Shown piece by piece: positions 43,645 through 60,444 of a stretch of DNA of 64,000 nt. The stretch covers positions 1 to 64,000 of the forward strand of contig CM000153.2 in NCBI GenBank assembly GCA_000004695.1, written 5' to 3'. Source of the DNA: Dictyostelium discoideum. Lineage: Eukaryota. A model generated the notes under the pieces. The model had not been told where the DNA came from, did no database searches, and worked only from the letters and a program-made list of their open reading frames with translations. The number at the start of each line of letters is the position of its first letter. Position 1 is the first letter of the stretch. A program made the position numbers and the translations under genes.

Positions 43645-44512
43645 GCTGTATTATTATTTTGTATTGTAATTGATAATGATGAATTATCTTTTTCTTTATC
43701 TTTTTCTTTATTATCTTTAAATCTTTCAATAAAGTTTGAAATTGATTTCGGAGGAGAGAATCTTTCACCAAATATTGTAGGATCTGATGTTGTCCTTCTT
43801 AATGGTGATATTCCTAAACTCCATGTATTTTGTTTAACTCTTTCAAATAATGATGGTTTATTACCATTATTATTATTATTGCTATTATTATTATTATTAT
43901 TATTATTATCGAAATTTGTTTTTACAGAGAATAATTGATGAATTGATTTTGAAGATATAACTTTTTGAAATTCAAATATTGGTTCGATTGATGGATCTGA
44001 TACAGTCTCCAATTCATTTACAATTAATATTCTACTCTCATTACTCTCTTCTATTGGTATTTTCGTTAAATCTGTAAAGTGTCTACATAAATAAAAAGTA
44101 ATCTTACTAGTTTCATCAATGTCCATTAAAATTGTATCATCTCCATTTAAAACATAAAATCTATCACCTTGTAATCTTAATTCTTCTAATTCTAATTTTA
44201 ACTATATCATAATAATTTTTTTTAAAAAAAAAAAAAAAAAAATAAAAAAAAGTATGTTAATTTTTTGATTTTTTTTGATCAATTATTTATTTTTTTTGAA
44301 AAAAAAAATAATTTATAAAAATTGATTTTTTATGTACTTACTATATTTAATTGTTTATTTAATTCAATTAGTCTATTATCATGTTCATCATTATGTTCAT
44401 TATTTTCATTGGACATTAATCTAAAATCCTCTTTTTGAATTAGGTCCCTTTGTTTTTCAATTTCATTTTTTAGAATTTCTTTTCTTTCTCTTCTTATTCT
44501 ATATCTTTCCAT
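42516..44512 (-). CDS. ELMO-domain-containing protein (about 618 aa). Exons 44512..44342 and 44201..42516.
   Basis: The ELMO/CED-12 domain signature is WKKFGFQSDDPTRDFRGMGIMGLLNLIHLV...DYPFAVAGINIS...HLWIQ. The upstream coiled-coil exon MERYRIRRERKEIL...LNKQLNI|GTAAGT joins in-frame at the acceptor GATATAG|TTAAAATTAGAATTAGAAGAA across a 140-bp intron. It also has poly-Thr and poly-Asn tracts. Confidence 0.7.
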
Positions 44513-44646
44513 TATTATTATTTTTCTTTATATTTTATTTTCTTTATTATTACTATAATTATTATTTTTTTGATTTTTTTTTTTTTTTTGATTTTTTTAA
44601 TTTTTAAAATTTATTTAACTACTTTAATTTTTTTTAATTTTTTTAA

Positions 44647-44699
<53 letters not shown>

Positions 44700-44952
44700 T
44701 TTTGAGGATATTTTAAAATAAATGTGGTTGTGGTGGGGGGTTTGTTAAAAGTTGATGATAAATTTTAAAATTTTTTTTTTTTCTATTTGAATAAAAAAGA
44801 AAAAATGAGTTTTATTTGAAAAAAATAAAAAAAATAAAAAAATAAAAAAAAAATTTTAAAAAAAAAAAAAATTTTAAAAAATAAAAAAAATAAAAAAAAT
44901 TTATTTTCAAAAAAAATAATTAATGTTTTTTAGATTTGAAAACTAAAAAAAA

Positions 44953-44995
<43 letters not shown>

Positions 44996-45328
44996 TGTTT
45001 CGATTTGTGTTACTTATTAATATTTTTTTTTTTTTTTTTATTTTTATTTTATTTTTATTTTATTTTTTTTTTTTTTTTTTTTTTTATTTTTATTTTTTTT
45101 TTTTTTTTTGTGTCAAAATAAGAAAAACATAAAATACATATTTTCATATCAATAGATAAAAAGAATCTTAAAAATATTGTCAAATTAAAAGGTGGCAATT
45201 TTGGGAATGAAAAAAAATTAAAAAAAAATAATAAAAAAAAAAATAAAAAAAAAATAAAAAAAAAAAAATTTCATTGAAAAAACGAAAACAATCACCACTG
45301 ACAAATAAAAAACACATAAACAACCAAC

Positions 45329-45706
45329 ATGTCAAGAAAGATTATACCAGCTCTCACAATCTTTTTTGGACCAATTCTAATACTCACAGCGATTACTCAA
45401 TTTGTTCAAAAAGATGAAGAAAAAGATTTAAAAGTATATTTTTATTATGGTTAAATAAATAACTAATAACTAATAATTAATAATTAATAATAATATAATA
45501 ATAATAAAATTCTCTTTAATAATATTAGGAATTTAAGAAAAATCAACCAGCAAACTATCAATCAAATAAAGAAAATAATGCACAAATTATGAAATTTATT
45601 AGAGACTCTGCAAAAGGTGATAGAATTGACTTTTTTGCAGGTTTAGAGGAAGAAATGAAAACAATTGAGTCAATTAAAAATCAAAACTCATTGAATAAAG
45701 AAAAGC

Positions 45707-45771
<65 letters not shown>

Positions 45772-45825
45772 AAACCAAATACACCACCAACACCATTAAC
45801 AACACCATCAACACCAAAGAAATAA
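45329..45825 (+). CDS. small hypothetical protein with an N-terminal transmembrane helix and a C-terminal poly-Gln/Pro-Thr tail (133 aa). Exons 45329..45433 and 45529..45825.
   Basis: ATG MSRKIIPALTIFFGPILILTAITQFVQKDEEKDLK|GTATAT, then a 95-bp intron ending TATTAG, then EFKKNQPANYQ...MKFIRDSAKGDRIDFFAGLEEEMK...(Q)22...TPKK*. Both exons are in phase 0. It ends 108 bp from the convergent UfSP2 gene. Confidence 0.5.
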
Positions 45826-45933
45826 AAATGATATTGTATATAATAAAAGATATAAATAAATAAAAAAATAAAAAAAAAAAATAAAAAAAAAAAAATTGGA
45901 TTTACTTATTTTATTATGAATAGTAATTATAAT

Positions 45934-47168
45934 TTATAAATCATTTGGAATTTGAGGCATACATAAATTATAGAAAGCATCTTTTCTAAAAAGGTCAGGA
46001 CCTTTCCAACCACACCAACCTTTATCCTTTATTAATTTAATATTATCAGTGGCACCAGTATAATGTGGATCCAATATTAAATAACGAGTTTCACCAGTGG
46101 ATTCATTGAAATCAATACCCAATAATGTGTATGCCAATACACCACCACCAATCATAATTGGGCTACCATTGCTTTGGAAATGTTTTGCAATCTCTCTTGA
46201 TTTATATATAATATCACTTCCTGTTGTAATATTTAATATTTTACTTTCAATCTATATATATATATATTTATAAAAAAAAAAAAAAAAAAAAATTGGTTAG
46301 AGTTCGAAATTGATGAAAATAATAAACAATAAATCAATTTACATACACCAAATAAATGATCTAAACATAAAGTTATTTCGAAAGCACCAATCCATTGTTT
46401 TGATTTTAAGAAAGAAGGTTCTTTATCTTGAATATCAACCAAAGTTTTTTGAATTTCATAATGATTTGGAACGGAATTATTGGTTAAACCTTGATATCTT
46501 AACCATGAACAAATGGTTTGCATTGAACGATATGCACAACCCCAACCATTATCATCGAAGTTATCTTGCTGATAATGATAGTAATCATATGAACCTTCAA
46601 CTAAATAAATATTACCATTAGTTTTACTTTCCATTGATACGTTATTATGAATATTTTTAATATGATGAGTTTGTTGTTGCTGTTGCTGTTGTTGTTGTTG
46701 TTGTTGTTGATGTTTTATTAATTTATTATTTAAATTTAATGATAAATTTGATTTTAAAAATGGTCTATTTAATGGTAAACCTAATAATGTATGATATTTC
46801 TTTCTAATTTCATAATTATCATTATCATTAACTTGTGTTGGGGAATTTTCTTTTTTATCTTCTTTTTTAAAGAGGATAGTTATTGGAAATGGTAAAAAAG
46901 GTAGTTGAAAATGTAATGCCTTAAAATTTTTAATTTTATTAACATTATTTACTTGTTGAATAATTGATTGCTTTATTATATTTAAACCTTCAAGTACACT
47001 ATCATTCTTTGATAATAAACAAAGTGTTGATATCATTATATCATCATTATCATCATCTTCATCACCATCATTTAAATTTAATGATAAGATAGGTGTAGTA
47101 ATGGAATCTAATGAATCAATTGATTTAGTAATTTTAAATAAAATTTCAAATGTTGATGAAATTTCTAA

Positions 47169-47248
<80 letters not shown>

Positions 47249-47981
47249 TTGATTTTGAATTATCTTTTATATATTGATTTAGTTTCTTTTCTAAACTACC
47301 ATTATTTGAATTGCTTGAAAAAATAATAGGAGTAGATGAATCACCTAAATTTTCACAACGATAATATATGTTGTCATTTTTATTATTATTGTTATTATTA
47401 TTATTATTAAAAATATTTGAAATAATATTTAAAGAACAAGGTTTAATTGTTTTAATATTAACCAAATTAAAAGATTTCTTTAATTCTTCAGTGATAAGTG
47501 ATGTTTCAATCTTTTTAGTTTCACTGATATCTATTGGTATTGAAGTATCTAAATCTTTTGATAAAACTTGAAAGAATAGTATTGGTGATTTTTCAACTAT
47601 TTCTTCAGTTTCATTTATAATGGTGAATGATAAAATATAAAATGGTCTTGTAGTTGGTGATGAATATAATTGCTTTTTTAAAAATTCAATAGATTCTTTT
47701 AAAATTTCATTGGTTAAAATTTTATGATCATTTAATTTTACCACTATTTCACCTCCATTTCTTTGTAAATCTTGAACTGTTAATGTTTTATGAATTCCAA
47801 TCATTGAGATTTGAGAACATCTTGGAAATATTGCTTGATATTGTTGTTCTTGTTCTTGTTCTTGTTGAAATTTAATAGAATATACAATTGTATTATTAAA
47901 ACCATATAAAAAATAATGTCCACTCTCGTTTAATAATGGATCATAATCTTCAAGATTATTATTATATTCAATAATTGTCAT
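45934..47981 (-). CDS. Ufm1-specific protease 2 (UfSP2)-like cysteine peptidase, family C78 (about 650 aa). Exons 47981..46347 and 46251..45934.
   Basis: The catalytic-site context is [29 protein letters not shown] (Cys box). The C-terminal region has ...[35 protein letters not shown] (the Asp/His box) and aligns with human UFSP2. The intron has a GGT|GTATGT donor and a TATATATAG acceptor, is 95 bp, and both exons are in phase 0. It has an internal (AAT)n Asn tract. Confidence 0.75.
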
Positions 47982-48477
47982 TATAAATTATTTGATTTGA
48001 TTTTTTTTTTCTTTTTGTTTATAAAAAAAAAAAAAAAAATATTTTCATTTTTTTTTTCATTTATTTTTTTTTTTTTTTTTTTTTTTTTTTTGTGAAGAGG
48101 ATCAAAGTTAACTTTCAAAAAAAACAATTTTAATTTTTCAATTAAAAAAAAAAAAAAAAAAAAAAAAAAGAATAAAAAAGAATTTGGTGTATTATTTGTG
48201 TGTCAAAATAAAATTTTAATTTATTATTATTTTTTTTATTTTTTTATTTTTTTATTTTATTTTAGAAACATTATATATCGAATTCGAATGGTGAAAGTAT
48301 GGGTTTGTTGGTTTTTGGTGTTGATGTTTTTCAATATTGGTTTCATCTCTGTATCTATTTGTTAAACATTAATATTACCTGTATTGATTGTACTTTGACT
48401 ATCATTAATTATCATTTAATGATAAAGAAATTAAATGATTTGATTTATCTAAATTCCTTGGAAAATGAATCACTGGA

Positions 48478-48615
<138 letters not shown>

Positions 48616-48954
48616 TAATGTGGTGGTGGATTTGATATGAAAGAGAATGAGGCGATTGTATTATTATTATTAACTGATGGATCATCATGACCAGTCAATG
48701 ACGATGCTATTGAATCATATTGATTTGAATTAAAATTCCCAATTCTAATGACATTATCATTTGAAACTGTGGCACAAGTAAAAAATATCTGTAATATCAC
48801 CTCTACCACTATATGCTTCTGCTTTATCGCATGAGTTTTACGTGTTGAAATTCAATAGTAATCAATTCAAATCCATTAAATCTTTTTTTAAAAATAATAA
48901 TAATAATAAAAATAATAATAATATATTTATTAAATTACACACAAAATATATATA

Positions 48955-49095
48955 TAGCCGGATATAAAAATTTCAGTATTAAAGTGGTGAAAAGTAATTT
49001 TGAGCGGCACTGTTGGTTGGTAAGTTTGGCCGGATATAAAAATCTCAGTATTAAAGTGGTGAAAAATAATTTTGAGCGGCGCTGGTCTGTTGGTT
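48955..49095. repeat. tandem direct duplication (2 x ~66 bp) of a GC-enriched unit CCGGATATAAAAAT(T/C)TCAGTATTAAAGTGGTGAAAA(G/A)TAATTTTGAGCGGC(A/G)CTG..TTGGTTG
   Basis: The two units are about 90% identical, in the UfSP2/FAD-synthetase divergent intergenic region. No ORF. Function unknown. Confidence 0.6.
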
Positions 49096-49237
49096 GCCCC
49101 CTTTTTTTTATTTACCTTTATTTTTATTTACCATTATTATCTTCCCTAAATAGAAATATGGAAAAATAAAATGAAATATAAGGTTAAAAAAATGAAAATA
49201 TGAAAAATATATTTTTTTTTTTTTTTTTTTTTTAACG

Positions 49238-49287
<50 letters not shown>

Positions 49288-49491
49288 TTATTCAAAACGA
49301 GACTTCCAAACCACAAAAAAAAAAAAAAATTAGATATCTAACTATAAAACATAATAATAATAATAATAAACAATAAAATAATAATATAAAAAAACATAAA
49401 CAACGATAATAATAATATAAAAAAACATAAACACAAACTCGATATAATAAAATAAAATAAAAAAAATAAAAAAAATAAAAAAAATAAAAAA

Positions 49492-50609
49492 ATGACAATC
49501 AGAACAATAAATGAATTAATAAAATTTAATTTAGATTTTATAATTGATAAAAAAAAGTTTTTAGAATATGAAAAGCATAATAATAAAATAAATAAAGAAG
49601 AGTTTTATAATAAAATAATGGAATCAATAGAAACTATAGAATGTGCATTCAATAAATTTGAATTTCAAGAAATAGCTCTTAGTTTTAATGGTGGAAAGGA
49701 TTGTTGTGTTTTATTACATTTAATTAATTATGTTTTATTAAAAAAATTTAAAAATACTATCAATAACTCATGTAATAATAATAATAATATCAATAATAAT
49801 AATAATAAAAATAATAATAATAATAATCAAATAAATAATAAAAGAAATGGATTAAAAACTATATATTTCCAAACACCTGATAGTTTTAATCAAGTGAATG
49901 AATTCACTGAAACTTGTTCTTCAATGTAGGTATATTATATATATATTATTCAATGATATTATATAACTTTATAATAAATCTTTATAAATTATTGAATATT
50001 GACAATAATAATTTTAAATTATAAATATATTTTATAGATATAATTTAAATTTATTAGAAGTTTCATCAATTGGGATTAAAGAAGGTTTAGAAAAAATTAT
50101 TACAAGCGAAAATATAAAAGCAGTTTTCATTGGCATAAGATTTGGTGACCCAAATTCATTACATTTAGAGAAATTCTCTTATACTGACCCTGTATGTAAT
50201 AAAAATATATAAAAATAACATAATTAATACTTTATGTAAAATAATAATAATAATATTAATAATATTAATAATAATAATATTGAAAAAAAAAAAGGGATGG
50301 CCACATTTTTTAAGAGTAAATCCAATTTTAAATTGGAATTATCATGAAATTTGGGAATTCATTAAAATTTGTAATATTCCCTACTGTGAATTATATGATC
50401 AAGGTTATACATCAATTGGACAACAACATGACACAATTCCAAATCCAGATTTATTAATACCATCAACACTCGATCAATATTATCATGCTAATCGTTTAGA
50501 AAATGCTGAAAATGAAAGAAAAGGAAGAGGTAAAAATATTAAACAAATTTATCAACAACAATTATTAGAAAAACAACAACAACAACTACACAGTCAACAG
50601 AAATTGTAG
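49492..50609 (+). CDS. FAD synthetase (FMN adenylyltransferase, FAD1/FLAD1 PAPS-reductase-like domain) (about 300 aa). Exons 49492..49925, 50038..50191 and 50295..50609.
   Basis: ALSFNGGKDCCVLLHL is the PP-loop-like SxNGGKD motif. AVFIGIRFGDP and GWPHFLRVNPILNWNYHEIWEFIKICNIPYCELYDQGYTSIGQQHDTIPNP align with yeast Fad1 ...WPDFMRLQPLLHWDLTNIWSFLLYSNEPICGLYGKGFTSIGGINNSLPNP. Donors are AT|GTAGGT and CCT|GTATGT, and acceptors are TTTATAG and AAAAAG. An Asn-rich insertion sits in exon 1. Confidence 0.8.
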
Positions 50610-50870
50610 AAATATTTAATAAATCCTTTTAACCAAATTATTTATTAAAAAACTTTTAATAATCATTTTTTTTTATTTTTTTTTTTATTTTATTTGTCCC
50701 AAAAAAAAAAAAAAAGGTGTCTTTTATTAATTTTAGTTAGAGTTTTTGTTTTTTTTATTTTATTTATTTTTTTCTTTCTTTTTCAAAAGGAAAGTTTATT
50801 CTTGCTTGTTATTTGTTTTGTTTTCATTTATTGTATTTTAAGTTGGTTGTGAATGTATTGTTGTGCATAT

Positions 50871-50940
<70 letters not shown>

Positions 50941-50956
50941 ATTTATATATTAAAAT

Positions 50957-51163
50957 TTAAGATTCAAATAAAATTTTTGAGAGTAATTGTGGTTCACAAA
51001 TTTTATGAGCATATTTTGCAATAATCATTGAGGAAGCAATAAATACTGAAATATTTTTTAAATTTTCTAAAATTGAATTTCTTGATTCTGGATCTTTGAT
51101 AAGACCTTTAATAGTATCACTCCATGAGATTTGTGTGTATTCATCGTATTCATTTTCATCCAT
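50957..51163 (-). CDS. hypothetical small protein (68 aa, MDENEYDEYTQISWSDTIKGLIKDPESRNSILENLKNISVFIASSMIIAKYAHKICEPQLLSKILFES)
   Basis: ATG-initiated with an AT-rich upstream region and a normal amino-acid composition. It is isolated, with no homology I can assert. Confidence 0.3.
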   Translation of the reverse strand: MDENEYDEYTQISWSDTIKGLIKDPESRNSILENLKNISVFIASSMIIAKYAHKICEPQLLSKILFES

Positions 51164-51586
51164 CTATTAGTTATGTATAATAAATATTTTATATATATAT
51201 ATTTTTTTTTTTTTTTTTTTTTGTTTTTTTTTTTTTTTGAAATAAATTAATTTGTAAGTTTAATGTTTGATGAATACATCTATAAAATCTATTGATTCAA
51301 TTAATTATCATTTATATTGAATTACCTTTTTTCTATGTTTAATAAATGCGTTTGCGTAAATGAAAAACAAAATTTGGAAAAAAATTTGAAAAAACTTAAA
51401 AAAAAAAAAATAAAAAAAAATATAAAAAAAAAATATAAAAAAAAAAAAAATTAAAAAATTAACGAGGATAATTAACCTTTAAGGAAATTAAAATCTTTTT
51501 AATCATTTTCAATAAATATAAATTAATAATATTTTAAAATTATAATTAAATAAAAATAATTTATTGTCCTTTTTTTTTTTTATTAT

Positions 51587-51642
<56 letters not shown>

Positions 51643-51861
51643 TTAAAATAAAATTATCTTTTAAAATAACAAACTAATAAGAAGAAAAATTAAAACTTAA
51701 TTAAAGCCAAATAAAAACAAAAAAAAAAAAAAAAGAAAAAAAAAAAGAAAGAAAAAAAAAAAAAAAAAAAAAAAAGCAAATAACGATTTTGATTTACTGG
51801 TTTAAACAACATCATATTTTAGATAGTTTTTTTTTTTTCCACATCATATTCTAAAAAAAAA

Positions 51862-51895
<34 letters not shown>

Positions 51896-52234
51896 TTTTT
51901 AAAAAAAAAAAAAATATCAAAAAAAAAAAAAAATCAAAAAAAAAAAAAAATTTGTTATTTTAGACAACACAAAAAAAAAAAAAAAAAATTATTTATTCAA
52001 GCACTCACATTATGATTCTTTGATTTATCAGTTTTGTATCCCTATATTCTTTTTTTTTAATTTTATTGTGTAAAATAAGAAATTTTTTTAATTTTTTTTT
52101 TTTTTCAACACAAAATAAAAATTATAAAAATTATAAAAATAATAATAATAATAACAAAGCATATACACAACAAAAAGAAAATAAACAAATAAAGAATTAA
52201 ATAATAGATAAATAATAGATAAATAAACATAAAT

Positions 52235-56945
<4,711 letters not shown>

Positions 56946-57053
56946 AAGATGGTATATTTTTAATAAATAAGAAAAAAAAAAAAGAAAAAAAAAAAAAAGA
57001 TATGATTACCCTAAAATTAAACTTAAGAATTCTTTTTTTTTTTTTTTTTTTTA

Positions 57054-57764
57054 TTATTTTCTATTTTTAGAATTTTTTCTATTCTTTAAATTTTTACCAT
57101 ATTTTTTAAGTTTATCTAAATTATTATTATATTTTTTAATTTTTTCAGGTGTAGAATCTACTCTTACAATGTTTTCATCATCATCATAATCATTACTATT
57201 TTCTGAGAATATTTCTTTTTCTTCTTTTAATTTATTCTTTCTTTTTCTTGGTTGTAATGCTTGTTGTTTTTGTTGTTCTTCTAATTCTAATTCTTCTTTT
57301 TCATGTTTTCTTATAGCCTTCATATCGCTATCATATAATGATAGTCTTTTCAATTCTTTATCAGACATTTCATAATGCTGTGTTTCTCTTTGAGATTTTG
57401 GAATATAGTAACCAGTTTCTTCATCAAACTCTGCATCCTTATCATTATTTCTAATCATTGATCTAAATTTATCATGGAATTGTTTTCTAATTTCAGCATA
57501 TGGATCGCTTTCTCTCTTTAATCTTCTTTCTTCCTCTTCATCTTCCTCCTCCTCTTCTTCTTCTTCTTCTTCATCATATTCTTCTTCATCATCATTTTCT
57601 TCTTCTTCTTCTTCTTCTTCATCATATTCTTCATATTCTTCCTCATTAACTTGATTTAAATTTTTAAATAAGTTTGATCTATTACTTTCTGTATCTTCAC
57701 TTTCAACTAATGATTTTAATTTATCTTTATATTTGATATTTTTAATTTGAGCTATATTTGGTTC

Positions 57765-57795
<31 letters not shown>

Positions 57796-58860
57796 ATACC
57801 ACGAATAATATTACCATTTTCATCATAGATTTTATCCATATATCTTGATTCTTCTTCATAATCATCTTCCTCTTCTTCTTCTTCCTCTTCTTCATAATCT
57901 TCTTCCTCTTCTTCTTCCTCATTTTCATCAAAACTATTCTCATCTACCCCTCCTCTGAGTTTTTTCTTTTTCTCTAAAAATGAATTTAATTTAACTTTCT
58001 TTTTATCTGTTTTATTAGAGTTATCATCAATTTTAATAGAATAGAGTTCTTTTAATTCTTGTTCAGTTAGATGTCTCCATTTACCTAAACCCAAATCACC
58101 CAATTCAACTGGACCAATTCTTGTTCTATGAATTTCAACTGCTTTATTCTCGGTTGATGCAAACATTCTTCTAATTTGATGATATCTACCCTCGTATAAT
58201 GTAACCTTTACTTTATTTTTCTCTTTATCTAAAACTTGTAATTTTGCTGGTTTACATGGCGTTGACTCACCTCTTAACATTATTTTACCACTTTCAAATA
58301 CTTCTGCCTCATCACCAACTAATTTATCTTTTAATACTACTTCATAATCTTTACCACAACCATCATCTTTTGGTGATATAATTCTCTTTTTTTTAAAGAA
58401 AAAGAAAAAAAAATTAAAAAAATAATTAAAAAAATTGAAAAAAAATAAAAAAATAAAACTAATAAAATTTACATACATCAACTAATTTACCATCTTGACT
58501 CAAAACAACAAGACCAGTTACCCATTTATCTAATCTACCAGCAATTGAAAGTGTTGGTTTTCTTTTAAAAAATTCTTTTGGTAAAATATCATAGATAATT
58601 TTATGATCGTGATCATTAACTGTTGAACAAATGTAACCACTTGGTTTATGAACTGCAATATGTAATGTTTCACCATTTTCAATTGGTTCGCCATCAATTT
58701 GAATATCCTTTATATTTGCTTTGGTTGCTGGTGTTACTTTTTTACCTAAAACTGTGACCCTTTTGTCTCTAAGAAATTGTGGCACTCTACTTCTTTCACA
58801 AACACCAAGGTTTGATAATATTCTCTCAATTCTAAGTTTTTTACCAACTTTTAAAATCAT
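57054..58860 (-). CDS. RsuA/RluB-family RNA pseudouridine synthase with an S4-like N-terminus and a long acidic Glu/Asp-rich C-terminal extension (about 571 aa). Exons 58860..58477 and 58385..57054.
   Basis: The catalytic Asp motif is IAGRLDKWVTGLVVLSQDG (typical RsuA motif AGRLDxDTxGLLLLTNDG). Downstream is YEGRYHQIRRMFA. The intron is GAT|GTATGT...AAAAAG, 91 bp, in phase 0. The C-terminus is low-complexity (E/D)n, with poly-Thr encoded by (ACA)n. Confidence 0.75.
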
Positions 58861-59275
58861 TTTATTTTATTTTTTTTATTTTTTTTTTTATATAGAAAAA
58901 AAAAAATTTTGGTAAAAAATTAAATGTGGTAAATAAAAAATAAATGTGATAATTAAAAAAAAATGTGATAATTAAAAAAAAAAAAAAGTGATAATTAAAA
59001 AATAAATGTGATGATGGCAGACCAAGATTCGAAAAATAGGAAAAAATAAAAAATAAAAAAAATAAAATTTAAAAAAATAAAATAACGTTCTTGCCTTTGC
59101 TCAATTTTCAATTTTTTACTTTTTTTTTCAAAATTTTCGTTTTTTTTTTTTTTTTTTTTTTTTTTGTCCAGTTTAAAAGGCAGTTTTTTTTTTTTTTTTT
59201 TTTCATTCCAAAGGATAACAAAAAGTAAGTTTTATTATCAATTATAAAATATTATTTTATTAAAAGTGTAATTGT

Positions 59276-59396
59276 TTTTTAGCTGATGAAAACCTAGATG
59301 ACGAGTCATAATTCTCTACAAGGTTCACTTATTTGATTAGGTTTCCTAATACAAACGTTTACCTTGTCTGTTGATGATCTTTGGCCCTGATTAAAA
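59276..59396 (+). ncRNA. candidate box C/D snoRNA
   Basis: TTTTTAG-CTGATGA (box C-like, 59283-59289) ... TGACGA ... TGATGA (box C'-like, 59363-59368) ... GGCC-CTGA (box D, 59387-59390) -TTAAAA. The 5' TTTTAG and 3' TTAAAA can form the usual short terminal stem. It is intergenic and non-coding, with a higher GC content than the flanks. There is no canonical D' box (closest is CTGT) and the length is about 120 nt. Confidence 0.35.
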
Positions 59397-59447
59397 TTTA
59401 ATTCACTTTTTTTTTTTTTCACCACCCCAAAAAAAAAAAAAAACTGG

Positions 59448-59458
59448 AAGCCCATAAA
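59448..59458 (+). promoter_or_regulatory. DUSE-like motif (G)CCCATAA(AA), similar to the Dictyostelium upstream sequence element found about 60 nt upstream of Pol II/III small-RNA genes
   Basis: GAAGCCCATAAAAAT. My recollection of the DUSE consensus ([A/T]CCCA[C/T]AA) is from memory. It is a single occurrence, so only suggestive. Confidence 0.25.
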
Positions 59459-59514
59459 AATAATTGACTAACATTTTTTAAAATAATCTTTTTTTACCAG
59501 ATTCCTAAATGTAA

Positions 59515-59568
59515 AAAATACTTGAATGCCTTTTGCCCATTTTCTGCTGGTGACCCCTCTTAGAATTT
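59515..59568 (+). ncRNA. candidate short non-coding transcript downstream of the DUSE-like motif, ending in a T8 run
   Basis: About 60 nt downstream of CCCATAA there is a GC-enriched stretch, ACTTGAATGCCTTTTGCCCATTTTCTGCTGGTGACCCCTCTTAGAA, followed by TTTTTTTT. The size is in the range of Dictyostelium small ncRNAs. I did not find the conserved class I motif. Confidence 0.2.
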
Positions 59569-59861
59569 TTTTTAAAAAAAAAATTAATCTTTTATTGCTT
59601 TGTGATAATTTTACAATATGTTAAATTGCTCGTAATATTAATATTACTATTTAGATTTTAATTAAAAATAAATAAATAAATAATAAATGCAAATGGTTTT
59701 TTTTGAATTTTTAAAAAATAAATGCAAATGGTTTTTTTTTATTATTAAAATTGTTTTTTTTTTTTATATTTTTTTTTTATATTGTTTTTTTTTTATATAA
59801 ATTTTTGATTTGTTTATAATAACCAATTTAATCAAAAAATTTTATAAGGTATGAAAGTTTT

Positions 59862-59899
<38 letters not shown>

Positions 59900-60284
59900 T
59901 TTCGCTTCTTGAAACTTTTTTTTTTTTTTTTTTTTTTGTTTTTTTTTTATAATTTTTTAATATATATCATTTATTAATTTTTTTTTTTTTCTTTTTTTTT
60001 TTTTTATAATTTTATATCACACACCACAAATTTGATTTTTTTTTTTTTCTATTTTTAGTTTTGTGTGTGAGCTATCAATGTTAAAAATAATCGCAATATA
60101 AAAAAAAAAAAAATTAAAAAAAAAATAAAAAAAAAAACAAAAAATAAAAAAAAAAATAAAAAAACCAACATGAGCGGCCTTCACATTTTATAACAAACAC
60201 ACACAACAAAAAAAAAACATAAATAAACCTCAATAATAATTATTATAAAAATTTAATACACCCCTCAATATTGTGCCATACAAA

Positions 60285-60317
<33 letters not shown>

Positions 60318-60444
60318 CTCTTCTTCTTTCTTTTAATTTTTAATATACACAACAAAATTCAACTATCATACAAAAAATAATTTTCACTATTTTCTTAAAA
60401 ATATACTTTTAAAGTGTGTATTTATAAATAATTCTCACATTATA

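Noticed and set aside
43544-43938. ORFs that read as poly-Q and poly-V inside the ELMO gene
   Set aside because: They are alternate-frame or antisense readings of the (ACA)n poly-Thr-encoding tract.
46310-47571. Plus-strand ORFs 46310-46621 and 47368-47571
   Set aside because: They are antisense to UfSP2 exon sequence and AT-rich, with no independent support.
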